DNA of 64,000 nt from an uncultured Planctomycetota bacterium. Lineage in GTDB: Bacteria; Planctomycetota; Planctomycetia; Isosphaerales; Isosphaeraceae. Position numbers and translations under genes: made by a program. The notes beneath the pieces are model-generated. The model was given only the letters and a program-made list of their open reading frames with translations, was not told the origin of the DNA and ran no database searches. Below, piece by piece: positions 17,701 to 28,600 of this stretch. The DNA lies in assembly GCA_963823665.1 (NCBI GenBank), contig CAWGMQ010000005.1:1-64000 (forward strand). The letters run 5' to 3'. How positions within the stretch are numbered: the first letter of the stretch is position 1; each line of letters begins with the position of its first letter.

Positions 17701-20700
17701 CGTCGTTGACGAGATCGACAGTGACAGCAGCGTGCTCATGTTCGATCCTTCCGCGAATTACACCTTCACTCCCGGGGAGGCCCTGCAGTACCACGCGGCC
17801 CTGGGCACCGAGCTTTCCGGCTTGACGGACGGCGCGACCTATTACGCCATCACCGACCCCGCGGAGCCTGATGCGATCCAGCTCGCCGCGAATCAAGCGG
17901 ACGCCATCACCGCGAGCGACTACTACGCGGCGCAGTCCAGCCTGGCGAACGAAGGTGTGACGCTTTCCGCCGCGGCCGGGAGCTACCCCGCGACCGTGGC
18001 GGACGTCGACGTGAGCACGAACGAATTGCTTTTCAGCGCTCCGTCGCCGGGATTCACGACGGGCGAGGCCGTGATCTACCAGGCCACGGCGGGCGCGGCC
18101 ATCGGCGGCTTGACGAGCGGCGATACGTATTATGCCATCCCGGTGCCCGACGACCCGAACGCCTTCCAGCTCGCCGCGACGGCGTCTGACGCCGCGGCCG
18201 GGAATGCGATCAGCCTGACCGACTGGTCAACTCTCTCGGGCACGTCACCCGGCGATACCCAGACCCTCGACGTACTCTCGGCCGATACCGCGACCGCGAC
18301 GGACACGCTCAACCTGGTGCCGGGCGTCTTGATCTCCACCGACGGAACGACGAGCGGTGATATCACTTCGGTGGATTCGAACCAGAACGCGATCGTTTTC
18401 GACGACACGCAATCGGCGCCGGGCTTTGGCCTCGGCCAGGCGGTCGTCTACCAGCAGGGGTCGGGGACGGCGATCGCCGGGCTGGTAAACGGGCAGACCT
18501 ATTATGCGATGCCGATCGACGGGAATCCGTACGAATTCCAGCTTGCCGCGTCCCAGAGCAATGCGAGCGGAAATCTGCCGATCACGCTCGGGCAGCTCGC
18601 GTCGACGGTTCAGACGGGTGATGCCTTCACGTACCGGGGTGCCTTCGGCAATGGGATCTTGGGACTGGACGAGGGGACGACCTATTACGCGATCGTGACC
18701 ACCGGCACGGGCGCAGACCCTGAAAACGTGGAACTGGCGTCGAGCCCGGCCAACGCGCAAGCGGGCATCGCCATCGCGCTCTCGCCAACCCTGGGAACCG
18801 CGAGCGGGAACCAGCTCGCGATCGGCTCGTATGACAGTACCGCCGGGGCCTTGACACTCGCGGACCCGCTCTCTTCGCCCCTCCAGACTGGCGATCCCGT
18901 CACGTTGCACGACAACGGCTCGTTGGTCCCCGGGCTGCAAGACGGCTCGACCTATTACGTGGTGAACAATCAGTCTGGCGGAATCAACCCCGTCGCATTC
19001 AGCCCGAATGTGGTCTCGACGACCGCCTCCGGCAGCACGATCAGCCTGCCCGGGCAGCCGTTTCAGAGCGGCGAGCCCGTGGTCTACAACACGACCGGGA
19101 CGGCCATCGCCGGATTGATCCCGGGCAAGACTTACTACGTGATCGACCTGGGCGCCGATGCGATCGGGCTGGCCGCCACGCTGGCCGACGCCAACAACGG
19201 GCTCGGGCTCTCGCTCGGCACAGCCGTCGTCAGCGGCACTCAGACGCTGACCTTGACCAATCCCGGCGCCCGAGCTGTAAGCTTTGATGTCTCGACGCTC
19301 TTCAACACCGGTTCAGTGCCAAACTCGCTTACCCTGCCTCTGCATGGCTTTTCCACCGGCGAGGCCGTCACTTATACGACCGACGGAAACGCGATCGGCG
19401 GGTTGAATCCGAGCTCGACCTATTACGTGGTTGTCGTCGATGACAACACGATCCAACTGGCGACCAGCTTCAGCAATGCCATCGCGACGCCTCCCGTGGT
19501 GATTCCACTCTCCCCCTTGGGTGCCGCTGGGGCGCAGACATTCACGCCGGTTCCCGGTGGCGATCAGACCGCCACGTTCGAGCCGTCGGCCGTCTCCGTC
19601 TCATCGAACCAGATCACGCTGCCGGCCCACGGCTTTGTCACGGGCGAGATGCTCACCTACACCAACCAAGGCTCCGCGGCGATCGGCGGCCTCACGAGCG
19701 GGATCTCTTACTATGCGATCGTCGTGGACGCCAACACCATTCAACTCGCCGCGACTCAGGCCGACGCGTATGCCGGAGCGGCCCTATCGCTCGACGGCTC
19801 GGTGGCCGCGGGGGACCAGACGCTGGCCCCCAGCCCGATCGCGCTGGCCGCGCTGACGGGGTACGCGTCGCCGATCTTCGATCCCGGCAGCACGATCACG
19901 CTGGCGGACGTTGGCTTCGTGACCGGAGAAGCCGTCACGTATTCCACCACCGGGACCGCCATCGGCGGGCTGGCCAGCGGCTCGACCTATTATGTGATCG
20001 CGGTCGATGGAAACACGATCCGCCTGGCGGCGACGTTGATCCAGGCCGAAGAAGGAATGGGGCTCGCGCTCGACGCTAGTCAAGCCACCGGGACGCAGAC
20101 GCTGGCCCCCACCAACCCCGTGATCCAACTGGCGGCGACCGCCGCGGATGCCACGGCCTCGGCACCGGTCGTCCTCGATCTCTCCGCGGAGATCGACTTC
20201 CAGGAGAATGACATCATCCCGACCTCGGGTACGGCTCACACGCTTACCGCCACGACCGTCCAGGGCGTCACTATCACGGCGAAGTACCAGGGCGTGGATC
20301 AGGTCGAGACGGAGAGCCAGCTCGGTGGTGGTGGTGCAATATCAACCGGGATTTCAAAGTTCAAGGCATGGTGCGCGAGCATCGCCGAGAAGAAAGCCCC
20401 ATCGGTACAGTCATCAATAGATGGCCCCGCAGCGGAGGCGCCGCCGGAAGGGGCCGTGGGTCAGGCGCAGGAAGAGGTAGACGCGAAGGCCCAGGTACCA
20501 GACGAGAATGCCGCCGAGCCGGAGCAACCGAGCGAGCCGAGCCCGGCGAGTCAGCAGAACTCCCCTGATCTGAGTGTGGCCGGGGCTCTGGGACTCGTGT
20601 ACACCTACGAGACGGCGAAAGCGGAAGTGGAGCCGGACGCGGTGATCGAGGCGGCATCGGATATCGACGTCGAGGGGACGATCACCGAGAACCAGGTCGC

Positions 20701-22663
20701 GGATGTCGCGACGAATATCACGAAACCTGCCGACAGCAAAACCGAAACCAACGTCGCGCTTGCGTTCGAAGTCGGGATCTTCAACGCCAATGCCTCTGCC
20801 CTGATCGATTCCGGTGCCAGGCTCGATGCGGCGGACACACTGACCGTGAACGCCAACGTGAGTTACCCCTTCGCAACTGAATGGGCGAACCTCAAGAGTT
20901 ACCTCGGGCAGAGCGGTCTCCAGGAGTTGAGCAATCTCTATCACTTCTTTTACGGGGGTTACAGACTCATCGGCGACGTCTCGAGCAGTCAAACCGCGCA
21001 GGGGGCGTCGGAGGCTCAGAGCCAGCTTGGTGTCGCGGGATCGTTCAGCGTCAATGTGTTCGAGAACCACGCGACCGCAACGATCGGGTCCGGCGCCTCG
21101 ATCAACCAGGGCTCGGCCTATCAAACAAGTACCCAGTCGGTCACGGTCAGCGCGACGTCGTCCGTTGACGCCGTCGTGTTGGCCGGGTGGAGCCCACTGG
21201 AATACTCGGAGGATTCCGGAAAGGTCGCGTATGCTGCGAGTTCGCTAGGGAAGAACAATGGGGCTGCGCCAAGGAGTTTATTCCCGAATTCATCAGGCGG
21301 GGGTGCCCTGGGGATTTCGGTCCCGGTCACGGTGATCGACAACACGACGACCGCGCAGATCGCGGGTACGGCGCAAGTTCGGGTTGGCCCGAGCGGATCG
21401 CTCGACGTGACGGCGACGGATACGAACTTCGTCGTCGACGTGGCGATCACCGGGGCCAAGGCAGGGACGTCCGGATTCAGCGGCTCGGTCGCCTACAATC
21501 AGCTCACCGCGCACACGCTGGCACAGATCGGGGCCGGGACGATCGTGACGGGGGGCGGATCGGTCACGGTGAGCGCCAATGACACCACCGATTTCATTAA
21601 CCTGGTTGGTGCGTTGCAGGCGGCCCAGCAGATCGCGGTCGGCGCAACCGCGGCGGTGAACAAGATCAGCCGCTCGACGATTGCGGTCATTGGCGATGAG
21701 CAGCCGACGACGACCTCGACGGCCCCGCCGACCGGCGGGTCGACCTTCGGGACACCCCAGGTGCCGATGGGGACGGTGATGGTGACCTCGACCGTGACCG
21801 GTCTGCTCGTCACGTCGTCGATCGCGGGCTCTGTGACCTCGAGCACCCCGTCGAACGGTCCGGAAGAGCCGGCCGCAGACCTTCCCGGCGGCCAGGCGCT
21901 AGACGCAAACGGCAACGAGGCGCCGGCCGCGGGGGCGGCAGGCGCCGATGCGCAGGCCGATGCAACCGAGGTGGGCCAGGACGATGAGCTTTCCGGCGCG
22001 ACGGCTGGAGCCGGGGCGGGTGCCTTCGGGCTGAATCTCATCACGGAGGATGACGACCAGGCCTACATCAACGATCTGGGGACCTTCCGCGTGGGCAATC
22101 TGACGGTCCAGGCGACCAACTCCACCAAGATCGGAGGGTTCACGGGGGGCGGCGCGTTCAGCATGGCGTCGACCAAGAAGAACATCGGCGTGGCCGGTAC
22201 GTATTCTCAGAACATCGTGGACGGGACCGTCTACGCCTACATCGCGTATGCCACCATCGATGCCGCGGCGGTGACGATCTCCGCGCGTGCAGCAGAGCCA
22301 GGTGGTCATCATCACGGCCGGCGTGGCGGTCGCCAGCGGAACAACCAGCGGCGCCGGCGTTGCCCTGGCGGTCGCGGTCAATACGATGGGGAGCGGTACA
22401 CAAGCCAACGCTACAGAAGCTTACCTGAACAACGTCTCGGCCACGCTTGCCGGCACGCTCGCAGTGACCGCGACGAACGAAGACCAGATCTGGGCGGTCA
22501 ACGGGACCATCGCCTATGGCGGCACGGCCGGGTTCGGAGCGGCCGTCAGCGTGAACCAGGTCAACGACGATGCCGACGCCTACCTGAACGATTCCGATGT
22601 CAGGCAGACCTCGGGCACGCTGGACGTGAATGCCACATCGCAGCCCTATGGGTCGACGACTGA
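14714..22663 (+). CDS. Giant secreted adhesin-like protein, segment 1 (LEPRxLL N-terminus, beta-helix, 14 G(E/D)xVxY..GL..G.TYY repeats); true frame probably switches at ~22287
   Basis: CAGGAG RBS, ATG 14714, basic N-terminus with PLRLEVLEARVLL. Sequence after ~22290 turns Arg-rich (out of frame). Confidence 0.9.
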   Translation: MSRRWFERWPKKSEFRKARRRGELKPGAPRPLRLEVLEARVLLTLPTGNASTNSIYIPDTNSDQLYLRTVPDSQHPYDDIQGSIDDSTWQDLGLNTGADATIELGDMQVAHLVGFTGMGNNITFEGAGVSGGAGGQSGSPSDFSIDGDVETNGGNFTVQFVQGIDVSANVVISTRNVGTSTDLISGASLGSSGYIDLTSTNPNILDPIGDVNLEQPHVTLDDGSELLAQSDNSAYASGKVTLDAQNTNYALGAPVGSSLAILVRDSNVNLNGATIVGGAVTIESDAGDQSLLGDLSSLNSTGAAAASILASVATYLGTEVSAPFTIAYKASDASVTLGQGSALDFAPSDVGSSGAITFSSYNALRTGDAVTYSSNGGTAIGGLTSGATYYVIASSSTATSSTQVQLAATLADARAGTPLTGLDTEGAGLSQSLTPDTAIDSSATVTAQSTAAEDADGEAEYFGQLGLGETFGNYGAAIGVGIGEPTATTTVNSNTIITAGQDVNVTSSATSNTQTQAEVEQNAGNGTLLPNPDGTVTPRTQLSVAVGFSEVTAITTVARYSEIDAAGSVAITSTGNNTNESTAETASYSDGTAGADFAINDSHGDVETSVDGTVISGAASPAPGQSGSTLNSASFNPFTDVNTSSASNDPNTIDLGSTDPGFTTGEAVVYDSGSNGPINGLVSGDTYYVDLVATTPDYLIELMNSAADATSGTNPVTFNPYPTLSAGSAAAAPFDEVNPVSETFAAGSAVANNEIDLGTDDGLTTGEPVIYTTDGDAIGGLTSNNTYYVVVVNSTTIELAASYADAIAPNPSVIALDPTQASGSQNIGPTGTEFGIQTAPTVENNQISFGIADGFSTGDSVYYSTTGTPIGGLANGGTYYVVVVDSATIELASSYANATASSPTVIALDGSVATGAQTIEARTPIVFPSAPGYTQGEALVYHQAAGQQINGLTDGDTYYAIVDGGEPDNLGLSLAPNGPPVALGLSPTLTSGTSSFVVDEIDSDSSVLMFDPSANYTFTPGEALQYHAALGTELSGLTDGATYYAITDPAEPDAIQLAANQADAITASDYYAAQSSLANEGVTLSAAAGSYPATVADVDVSTNELLFSAPSPGFTTGEAVIYQATAGAAIGGLTSGDTYYAIPVPDDPNAFQLAATASDAAAGNAISLTDWSTLSGTSPGDTQTLDVLSADTATATDTLNLVPGVLISTDGTTSGDITSVDSNQNAIVFDDTQSAPGFGLGQAVVYQQGSGTAIAGLVNGQTYYAMPIDGNPYEFQLAASQSNASGNLPITLGQLASTVQTGDAFTYRGAFGNGILGLDEGTTYYAIVTTGTGADPENVELASSPANAQAGIAIALSPTLGTASGNQLAIGSYDSTAGALTLADPLSSPLQTGDPVTLHDNGSLVPGLQDGSTYYVVNNQSGGINPVAFSPNVVSTTASGSTISLPGQPFQSGEPVVYNTTGTAIAGLIPGKTYYVIDLGADAIGLAATLADANNGLGLSLGTAVVSGTQTLTLTNPGARAVSFDVSTLFNTGSVPNSLTLPLHGFSTGEAVTYTTDGNAIGGLNPSSTYYVVVVDDNTIQLATSFSNAIATPPVVIPLSPLGAAGAQTFTPVPGGDQTATFEPSAVSVSSNQITLPAHGFVTGEMLTYTNQGSAAIGGLTSGISYYAIVVDANTIQLAATQADAYAGAALSLDGSVAAGDQTLAPSPIALAALTGYASPIFDPGSTITLADVGFVTGEAVTYSTTGTAIGGLASGSTYYVIAVDGNTIRLAATLIQAEEGMGLALDASQATGTQTLAPTNPVIQLAATAADATASAPVVLDLSAEIDFQENDIIPTSGTAHTLTATTVQGVTITAKYQGVDQVETESQLGGGGAISTGISKFKAWCASIAEKKAPSVQSSIDGPAAEAPPEGAVGQAQEEVDAKAQVPDENAAEPEQPSEPSPASQQNSPDLSVAGALGLVYTYETAKAEVEPDAVIEAASDIDVEGTITENQVADVATNITKPADSKTETNVALAFEVGIFNANASALIDSGARLDAADTLTVNANVSYPFATEWANLKSYLGQSGLQELSNLYHFFYGGYRLIGDVSSSQTAQGASEAQSQLGVAGSFSVNVFENHATATIGSGASINQGSAYQTSTQSVTVSATSSVDAVVLAGWSPLEYSEDSGKVAYAASSLGKNNGAAPRSLFPNSSGGGALGISVPVTVIDNTTTAQIAGTAQVRVGPSGSLDVTATDTNFVVDVAITGAKAGTSGFSGSVAYNQLTAHTLAQIGAGTIVTGGGSVTVSANDTTDFINLVGALQAAQQIAVGATAAVNKISRSTIAVIGDEQPTTTSTAPPTGGSTFGTPQVPMGTVMVTSTVTGLLVTSSIAGSVTSSTPSNGPEEPAADLPGGQALDANGNEAPAAGAAGADAQADATEVGQDDELSGATAGAGAGAFGLNLITEDDDQAYINDLGTFRVGNLTVQATNSTKIGGFTGGGAFSMASTKKNIGVAGTYSQNIVDGTVYAYIAYATIDAAAVTISARAAEPGGHHHGRRGGRQRNNQRRRRCPGGRGQYDGERYTSQRYRSLPEQRLGHACRHARSDRDERRPDLGGQRDHRLWRHGRVRSGRQREPGQRRCRRLPERFRCQADLGHAGRECHIAALWVDD

Positions 22664-25600
22664 TCCCCGGATCGCTGCCGTCGCTGCGTCGCTCGGGACG
22701 GCCAGCCCCAATTCGACTGCGGCGATCGCCGGTACGTTCTCCGTCAACGCCGTCACCGACGACAACGAGGCCTATCTCGACAACACGACCTACACGAACA
22801 CAGGAACCGGCGCGGGGACCGTGGAGACTTCCGACACGTCCAGCATCGTCTCCTTCTCGGGCGCCTTTGGGATCTCAGGCGGGGGCAAGTCCGGGTTCGG
22901 CCTGGCGGGCGCCTACAATGCGATCGACACCACGAACAAGGCCCAGGTCGAAAATCAATCCGACGTGACCATTCCGGGCGGGCTCACGGTCAAGTCGATC
23001 ACCGACTCGACCATCACAGGCGTGGCCGCCGGTGTCGCCGGGGCGAGGAACGCCGCGCTGGCCGGCAGCGTCGAGATCAACACGGTACGGGGCGACACGG
23101 AGGCGCTGATCGTCGGCGGCAGCGTGGTGACGACCTTGATGGGGGGGGTTACTGTCGACGCCGAGGACACTTCCTCAATCACGGCCGGCGCCGGCGTGCT
23201 GGCGTTCACTTTCGGCTCGAGCGGCGCCGCGATCACGGTCGGGGCGTCGATCGCGATCAACCAAATCGGCTCGGACGGCACGAACAACACGGTGAAGGCC
23301 GATATCAATGATTCTACCGTGGATTCGGGCGTTGGCGTCTCGGTGACCGTTACCTCGAAGCCGACAATCCTTTCCGTCACGGTCGCGGCCTCAGCGACAC
23401 TGACCGAACCAGAGAACGAGGAGGCCTCGTTTGATGGCGCCGGCGCGGGCTCCCAGAACGAGATCTTTGTCTCGGCGACGGCCCTGATTGAAAACGGGAG
23501 CACGGTCACGACGGCCAATCAAGGCGACGTGGATGTCTCGGCAACCAGCATTCCGAGTATCACGGCGGATGCCGGCGGTCTCTCGGTCGACGCGAGCTTC
23601 GACGGGGGAGCCGCCGGTTCGCTCGGTGCGGCCGCGGCCACCAATCAGATCGGCTCAAGCGACGACCACGACCAGATCGAGGCGACGATCTGCGATTCCG
23701 AGGTCGATTCCGACGGAGCAGTCAACGTCACCACGCTGGCCGGAGCGGCGGGCGCCATGCAGATCCTGGCCGTGGCGGTCGGTGTGGCTGGGGCGCTCAC
23801 CGCCGGAGAAGAGTCGGGCGTCTCCGTCGCGGGGGCGGGGTCCGGCTCCGGCAACACGATGGATGAGGACGTCGCGTCGTCGATCGAGAACACCAAGAAG
23901 AATGGCAAGAAGGTCACCACCGCCAATGGCAAGGGGGTGAATGTGACGGCCACCGATAATTCCTCGATCGTGAGCGGCTCGGGCTCAGGCGCCTTTGCGG
24001 TGGGCCTGGTCAAGGGTTCCACGGAGGTCGGAGTCGGCGTCGCGATTGCGTCGAACCAGATCGGCAACTCCACCTCGGCGACGATCTGCGACTCCGAGGT
24101 CGATTCCAGCGGCGCGGTCGAGCTTCAAGCGACCTCAAATGAGTTCGTCAAATCGATCGCGACGGCCGGGGGTATCTCGGGGACCGTCGGGGGTGTTTCA
24201 CTCAATGGGGAGGGGGCCGGCTCGTACAACACGATCGACAACTCGGTGAAGGCGCGGATCTCGGGCGACAGCACGGTCACGACGGCGCGGGCCTACGGCG
24301 GCAACGTTTGCCTGATGGCCAAAGACACCTCCACCATCACCGCGGACGGCGGCGGGGCCAGCATCGCCGGCACACTCTCGGGCGGCTTGAATGTCGCGAT
24401 CGGGGCGGGGTACGCGTCCAACACGATCGGCAGCTCGAAGACCCCGCAATACGTCACGGCGGAGATCGATGATTCGACGGTGATTGCAGCAGGGAAGGTC
24501 ACGGTCTGCGCGATCTCTGATCCGACGATCACGAGCCGTGGCTGGGGGGTGGGCTTGGCGGCCACGGCGAGCGGGCTCTCGGGGGCCGGATCGGGCGCTT
24601 CCGCCTTTGACACCATCGACACCAAGGTCCAAGCCGACATCACCGACAATAGCACAGTCACGGCCGCGTCGACGGCGGCAGACGCCGTCAAGGTCTCGGC
24701 TTGCGACACACCCAGCATCGACGCCAGGAGCGGCGCCGGAAGTCTCGCGGTGGGCAGTCTTGGGACCCTGGCCGCCGGCGTTGTACTGGCCCAGAACACG
24801 ATCGACGACTCCGCAGACGCGTACATCGGTCAAACGATGGGGACGAACGACGACACGATTGTGACTTCTTCGGGCGGGGTTGAGGTCATGGCCACCGAGA
24901 CGGCGACCATCACGGCCCTGGGCGTGGCCGTCGCGGCGTCGGCAAGCACCTACACTGCCAATCTCGCGCTGGCATCCGCCATCAACAACACCGGCAACAT
25001 GGTGACCGCCGCGATTGCGGGGGGCGCCATCGTCCACGCCGAGGGGACGAATTCGGACGACCAGGTGCAAGTGGTTGCGGAGGATACGCCGAACGTCGTG
25101 GCCCACCTGGGCAGCGGCGCCGGCAGCATCGGCGAATATGGTCTTTCGGTCGGCCTGTCTGAGTCACAGGACACGATCAACGATACCGTGAGCGCCTACG
25201 TCGCCAGCGCGACGGTCACGACCCAGGGCGAGGCGGTCACGGTCGAGGCCGAATCTCCGAACACGACCATCACCTCATTCGCGGTCTCGACGGCGCTTGC
25301 GATCTCGGTGGGGGCAGCGTTTGCGGGCGCGGAAGCGGACGCAACCAACACCAGCACGACGCAGGCCTACATCGGCGCGGCTGCGGTGATCAACACGCAA
25401 GGAGTGAATCAGCCGTCAGACGCCCCGTACGGGGACCTTGCCGTCACGGCGACCTCAGCCGACACGATGATGGCGCAAGCCTATAGTGGAAGCGGCGCGA
25501 TCGTCGGCATCGGCGTGACTTACACTGACGGGGAAGACAAAAGCTCCACGCTCGCCTCGGTGCAGGAAGGGGCCACGATTCATGCGGGCAAGCTGACCGT

Positions 25601-28600
25601 GACGGCCCAGTCGACGCCCTCGGTGCAGACGCCCAGCATCAACGCGGCCCTTGGCCTGGGGGCGTTCAATGGCATCAACGCGAAGGCCGTGATCAATACG
25701 CACGTGGAAGCCTGGATCGGGGCGAGGAACGGAACGACGCCGTCCGGAGCCGTGACGACGATCGACCTGACCGGCGACGCCATGATCGAGGCGACCTCGA
25801 CAGACTTCGCGCTTTCGAAGGCCAACTCCTACACGATCGGCGGCATCACCGGCAATGGAACGCTGGCTTACTGCTACGACACGCCGACCGTGACGGGGAC
25901 CATCGGCGACAATGTCACGATCACGGCGCCGGGCGTGACGGTCGACGCCACGGCCACCACGACCAAACCGAGCGATTCGTCGGTGAAGTCGGCGGAGAGC
26001 GACGCCGACGACGTGGCAGTAAGCGGGGTCGGGGTTGCCGTCGTCTATGCCGCCACGAAAGCCGCCCCGACAGTGACGGCCTCGGTCGGAAAGTCGATTC
26101 TCAATGCCGGCGCGGACGGCATCACGATCGAGGGGAACAGCACCGAGATTTCGTACGCCAATGCCAGCACCGAGGGGGGAAGCATCCTCTTCGGCTACAA
26201 CGGGGCCTTTTCGCAAGACAGCGCCGGCGGCGTGGCCAATACGACGTTCGACGGCAAAGCCGACGTCGTCGGCCCTTCGGCCACCGGCAACGTGAGCGTG
26301 ACCAGCACGGTTGTCAATAACGCGGACGCGGATGCCTCCGGCGTTTCGATCGGCCTGGGCGGCGCCGGCGGCAACATCGAGGCCGATGCCGCCGCCGGCG
26401 CCACGACCGTCGGCGGGTCGTCGGCGGTGAGCTCGAGCACCCTGGGAAGCGACGCGCAGGTGACCACACCCGGCGATTTGACTGTCCTGACGACGTTGAC
26501 CAACACAGCCAACGGCACCGCCAAGCCATCTCCCTTCGTCTCGCCGCTGGGCGTGGCCAACGTGACCACGACGAGCGACGCCCAAGCCTCGGGCGATGCC
26601 GACACCTCGGTCGCCAACTCGAACCCGAACCTTCAATCAGCGGGCGGCAACATTGAGATCGAGGCCAACACGACCCGCGTGGCTACGGCCAGCTCGCCGA
26701 GCCCGATTGTCGGCGGCCTGATCGTGGGAATCGGGAACACCGACGCGAGCGCGACGACAAGCGGGGCGACGAGCGCCACCGTCGGCACCGGTGACCAGCT
26801 CCAGAGCGGCTCGGACATGAATGTCGAATCGCTCTCCTCCGAATCCGCGAACGCCACCACCAAGGACACCGGCGGCGGTACTTTCGGCGCAAACTCCGGC
26901 ACCGCGACGGCCAGTGTGCTTGGAACCACCACCACGCTCGTCGGCGCGATCTCGGCACACGACGCCAATGCCGCGCTGGCGTCGCTTGCGGCCGGGACGG
27001 CAGGCGCCGGGAACCTGACGGTGGAAGCATCTCGCAATGCCGCGGCCTATGCCAGCGCACAGGGAGATTCGGGCGGTCTGGTCGCCGACGGGGCCGCATA
27101 CGCCACGTCCAACGACGGCGGCGACGTGCAGACTCAGGTCGGGAAGGCCGACCTCACTGCCAGCGGCGACGTGACGATCGAGGCCTTGCGGAACCAGGGA
27201 ACCGCTGTCGGCGCGACCTCGGGCGTGGACAATGTCTATGCGTACGCCAAATCGGGGTCGAAGGGAGTGTTCCCGGTATCCGGCATGGATTCCGCCAGTG
27301 CCGAGATCGCGCATGAAGGCCCGATCCTCGACCCGTCGGTCTCGCCCGATCTGACCACGGTTGAACTGGGCTCCGACAGCACGGTCAACGCCGTTGGCGG
27401 CGACGTGACCATCGCGGCGAACGAAGCCCGCTCGGCCCACTCGGAGGTGACGAACAGCGAGGGAGGGTTGGGAACGAGCATCGAGGCGGACGGCGGGACC
27501 GACATCGAGTCGACCGTTACCGTCTCCCTCGACCCCTACACCGCGGTGACGGGCAACAATGTGACGGTCGACGCCAACGCGACGCAGAGCGATGGCAGTT
27601 CACTTGCCACGACGACCGGCGAGGGCGTGTTTGGCTTCACCCCGACTGCCAACGCGACCACGACGGTCAACGAGACGCTCCGCGTGACCCTGAACGGTGC
27701 CGACGTGACGGCTCGATTGACGACTACCGGGTTGGTCAACGTCGATGCCTACACCTCGTCGCAGTCGATGAGCAATGCGTCGAGCACAGCCGGCAGCATC
27801 GGAGCGGGCGTGGTCGCCACCGGGACGACCACGGTTGACTCGGCCCCGACGGTGCTCATCAAGGGCGACGCGACGCTCACGGGCCGGGTGATCGACGCCG
27901 AGGCAGGCACCCCGGCGTTGGGCGCGTTCTCGGCCGACGCCGAGAGTTACTCCACCTTCAGCGGTGTGGGCGCCAGCAACTCGGCGACATCGAACGTGAG
28001 TCCGACTTACAAGCCCCTGGTCGAAATCGACGCGGGGGCGAACCTCACTGGGTATGACTCGATCATGCTGAACGCCGAGGCCAACCCGGTCACGGCCACG
28101 GCCCATTCCGACGCCCAGACCAGTGCGCTGGGCGCCGATACGTATTCCACCGCGATCAACAACCTCGACGCGGAGGCGCAGGTGACGGCCGTCTCGGGCG
28201 CGACGCTCGAGACGAGCAAGCTCACCGTCTCGGCCCAGTCGAACGACGCGTCCTTGACGACGAACCCGGAGCGCCACACCACGGCCATCGACGGGGGTTC
28301 TGCCCCATCAGGGGGCTCGCCAACGCAGAACGGCACGGTGAGTTTCAATGCCACTGTCACGATCTTCGGCCAGGGACCGGTGCTCCAGATCGGGCCGGAC
28401 GGCAACGTTCTCGAGGATAGCGGCGTATCATATGGTTACAACGCGGCGGGCAACGAGCTTTTGGTGAACAGCATCACGAGCTCGACCGCAGGCGCAGTCA
28501 CGCTGACGGCCACGGGCACGAACGTCCAGACCGTCACCGGAAGCGCGACGATCACGTACGATTCCGGGTTTGACACTGTCACTCTGGTGAATCAGCAACC

